In this document: positions 63,036 to 64,000 of the stretch, piece after piece | Layout of the letters: each line of letters opens with the position of its first letter | Position numbering within the stretch: position 1 is the first letter of the stretch | The notes under the pieces: generated by a model | Databases searched by the model: none | Told to the model about the DNA's origin: nothing | Seen by the model: the letters and a program-made list of their open reading frames with translations, nothing else | Made by a program: the position numbers and the translations under genes | Virus record (IMG/VR): IMGVR_UViG_3300027418_000370 | DNA: 64,000 nucleotides | Strand: one strand, 5' to 3' | Source of the DNA: a virus

Positions 63036-63532
63036 TAGGAGCTAGTAGTACTGGTAAGACTACTGTGTATGAGTTATTGAAAGCTAAACTACCTAAGTAT
63101 GAGTTTATTAACGAAAGTACTCGTACGGTAGCTAAGTTTGGCTTTCCTATTAACGAAGCAGGTACTACTGAGACTCAGTTAGCTATTTCTTCTTTTCACT
63201 TAGAGGCTTTGCTTAAGCCTCATAGTTTGATTCTAGATCGTTGTTATCTAGACTTAGTTGTATACTCTAAGCATATGCCTGCTTTATCTTCTCAAGGCTT
63301 AGACTTTATTGAAGATACTTGGACTAGAGTGCAGGATGAGTATACGCACTATATTTATTTCCCTATTGAATTCGATGCTGTGGATGATGGTCAGCGCAGT
63401 GTAGATGAAGCTTGGAGAAAGATTATTGATGAAGAGTTTAAGTATCAACTCGATTTAACTGACCGTCATTATTTAACTGTTACTGGCTCACCATTGCAGC
63501 GAGTAGATCAAATTTTAAAATACATAAAGTAA
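63014..63532 (+). CDS. P-loop nucleotide (dNMP-type) kinase, AAA_28-like
   Basis: GASSTGKTT, E..R, ILDR...D, DDGQR, GSP.QR. Confidence 0.75.
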   Translation: MVRRIALVGASSTGKTTVYELLKAKLPKYEFINESTRTVAKFGFPINEAGTTETQLAISSFHLEALLKPHSLILDRCYLDLVVYSKHMPALSSQGLDFIEDTWTRVQDEYTHYIYFPIEFDAVDDGQRSVDEAWRKIIDEEFKYQLDLTDRHYLTVTGSPLQRVDQILKYIK

Positions 63533-64000
63533 ATGGAAGAAGTAAAGAACTACAATGCAGTCGTTGAGATTGCTGGTAAACACCTCGGTAAGGTAGGTGG
63601 AGAAGGTTACTCAGATCAGTACAATGCTGAGTTGCTAGTAGCAGTACCTCGTTATTTAAACCGAGAAGCTTACGGAATTGAGGAGAGTAATCTTCCATTC
63701 GTAGGAGTAGATGCTTGGAACGCTTATGAAGTTTCAGCTATTACTAAAAAAGGTCAGCCTGTAGCAGGTATGTTAAAGATTGTATGCCCAGCTAATACAG
63801 AGTTTCACGTTGAGTCAAAGTCTATCAAATTATACTTGAACTCTTTGAATATGACTCCGATGGGTCAGACAGCTAAGGAGTGTATCAAGGAGATTGAAAC
63901 AACAGTAGCTAAAGACCTAACTGACCTACTAGGAGGAAATGTAACCTGTACCTTCTTCGGCAATACATACACTCCAGAGTTTGAGTTTGATGGCTTTACA
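63533..64000 (+). CDS. queF: preQ0 reductase QueF, bimodular type (3'-truncated)
   Basis: Manual translation: LG...Y...Y...LL..VPR...GVDAWNAYEVS...GQP...VESKSIKLYLNS (QueF motif). Confidence 0.92.
   Translation, partial: MEEVKNYNAVVEIAGKHLGKVGGEGYSDQYNAELLVAVPRYLNREAYGIEESNLPFVGVDAWNAYEVSAITKKGQPVAGMLKIVCPANTEFHVESKSIKLYLNSLNMTPMGQTAKECIKEIETTVAKDLTDLLGGNVTCTFFGNTYTPEFEFDGFT

Noticed and set aside
1-64000. Stop-codon reassignment
   Set aside because: The standard code gives dense, full-length genes, and TAA, TGA and TAG all end genes.
1-64000. tRNA genes, introns or inteins (e.g. in nrdA, dnaB, polA)
   Set aside because: Intergenic gaps are too short, no cloverleaf was seen, and these proteins are of normal or reduced length with no insertions.

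Overview
A 64 kb segment of a large lytic myovirus (contractile tail). The host is most likely Bacteroidota/Flavobacteriia: promoters are TTG-N19/20-TATATT type, no Shine-Dalgarno motifs are evident, and the gene content is Flavobacterium-phage-like. Nearly all genes are on the + strand. Gene order: (1-28.4 kb) giant modular GNVGIG-repeat fibre proteins, two with S74 chaperones, plus LamG lectin proteins; (28.5-39.6 kb) sheath, tube, a frameshifted tail chaperone pair, tape measure and baseplate; (39.6-48.6 kb) a miniature family-A polymerase, SSB, RecA/UvsX, 5'-3' exonuclease, DnaB and NrdB/NrdA; (48.6-53.9 kb) small accessory genes; (54-64 kb) a complete 7-deazaguanine DNA-modification cluster (queC, queD, queE, folE, queF, a DpdA/TGT-like gene, a PurN-like formyltransferase) mixed with nucleotide-pool enzymes. 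The most striking unannotated signal is RNA-level. Two copies of a ~32-nt element matching the class I preQ1 riboswitch aptamer fold lie at 54855-54886 and 60246-60281, the second directly before folE. A third pseudoknot with the same topology precedes queC. This suggests the phage feedback-regulates its own DNA base-modification pathway with metabolite-sensing riboswitches. All calls come from reading the sequence by eye; no searches were run.
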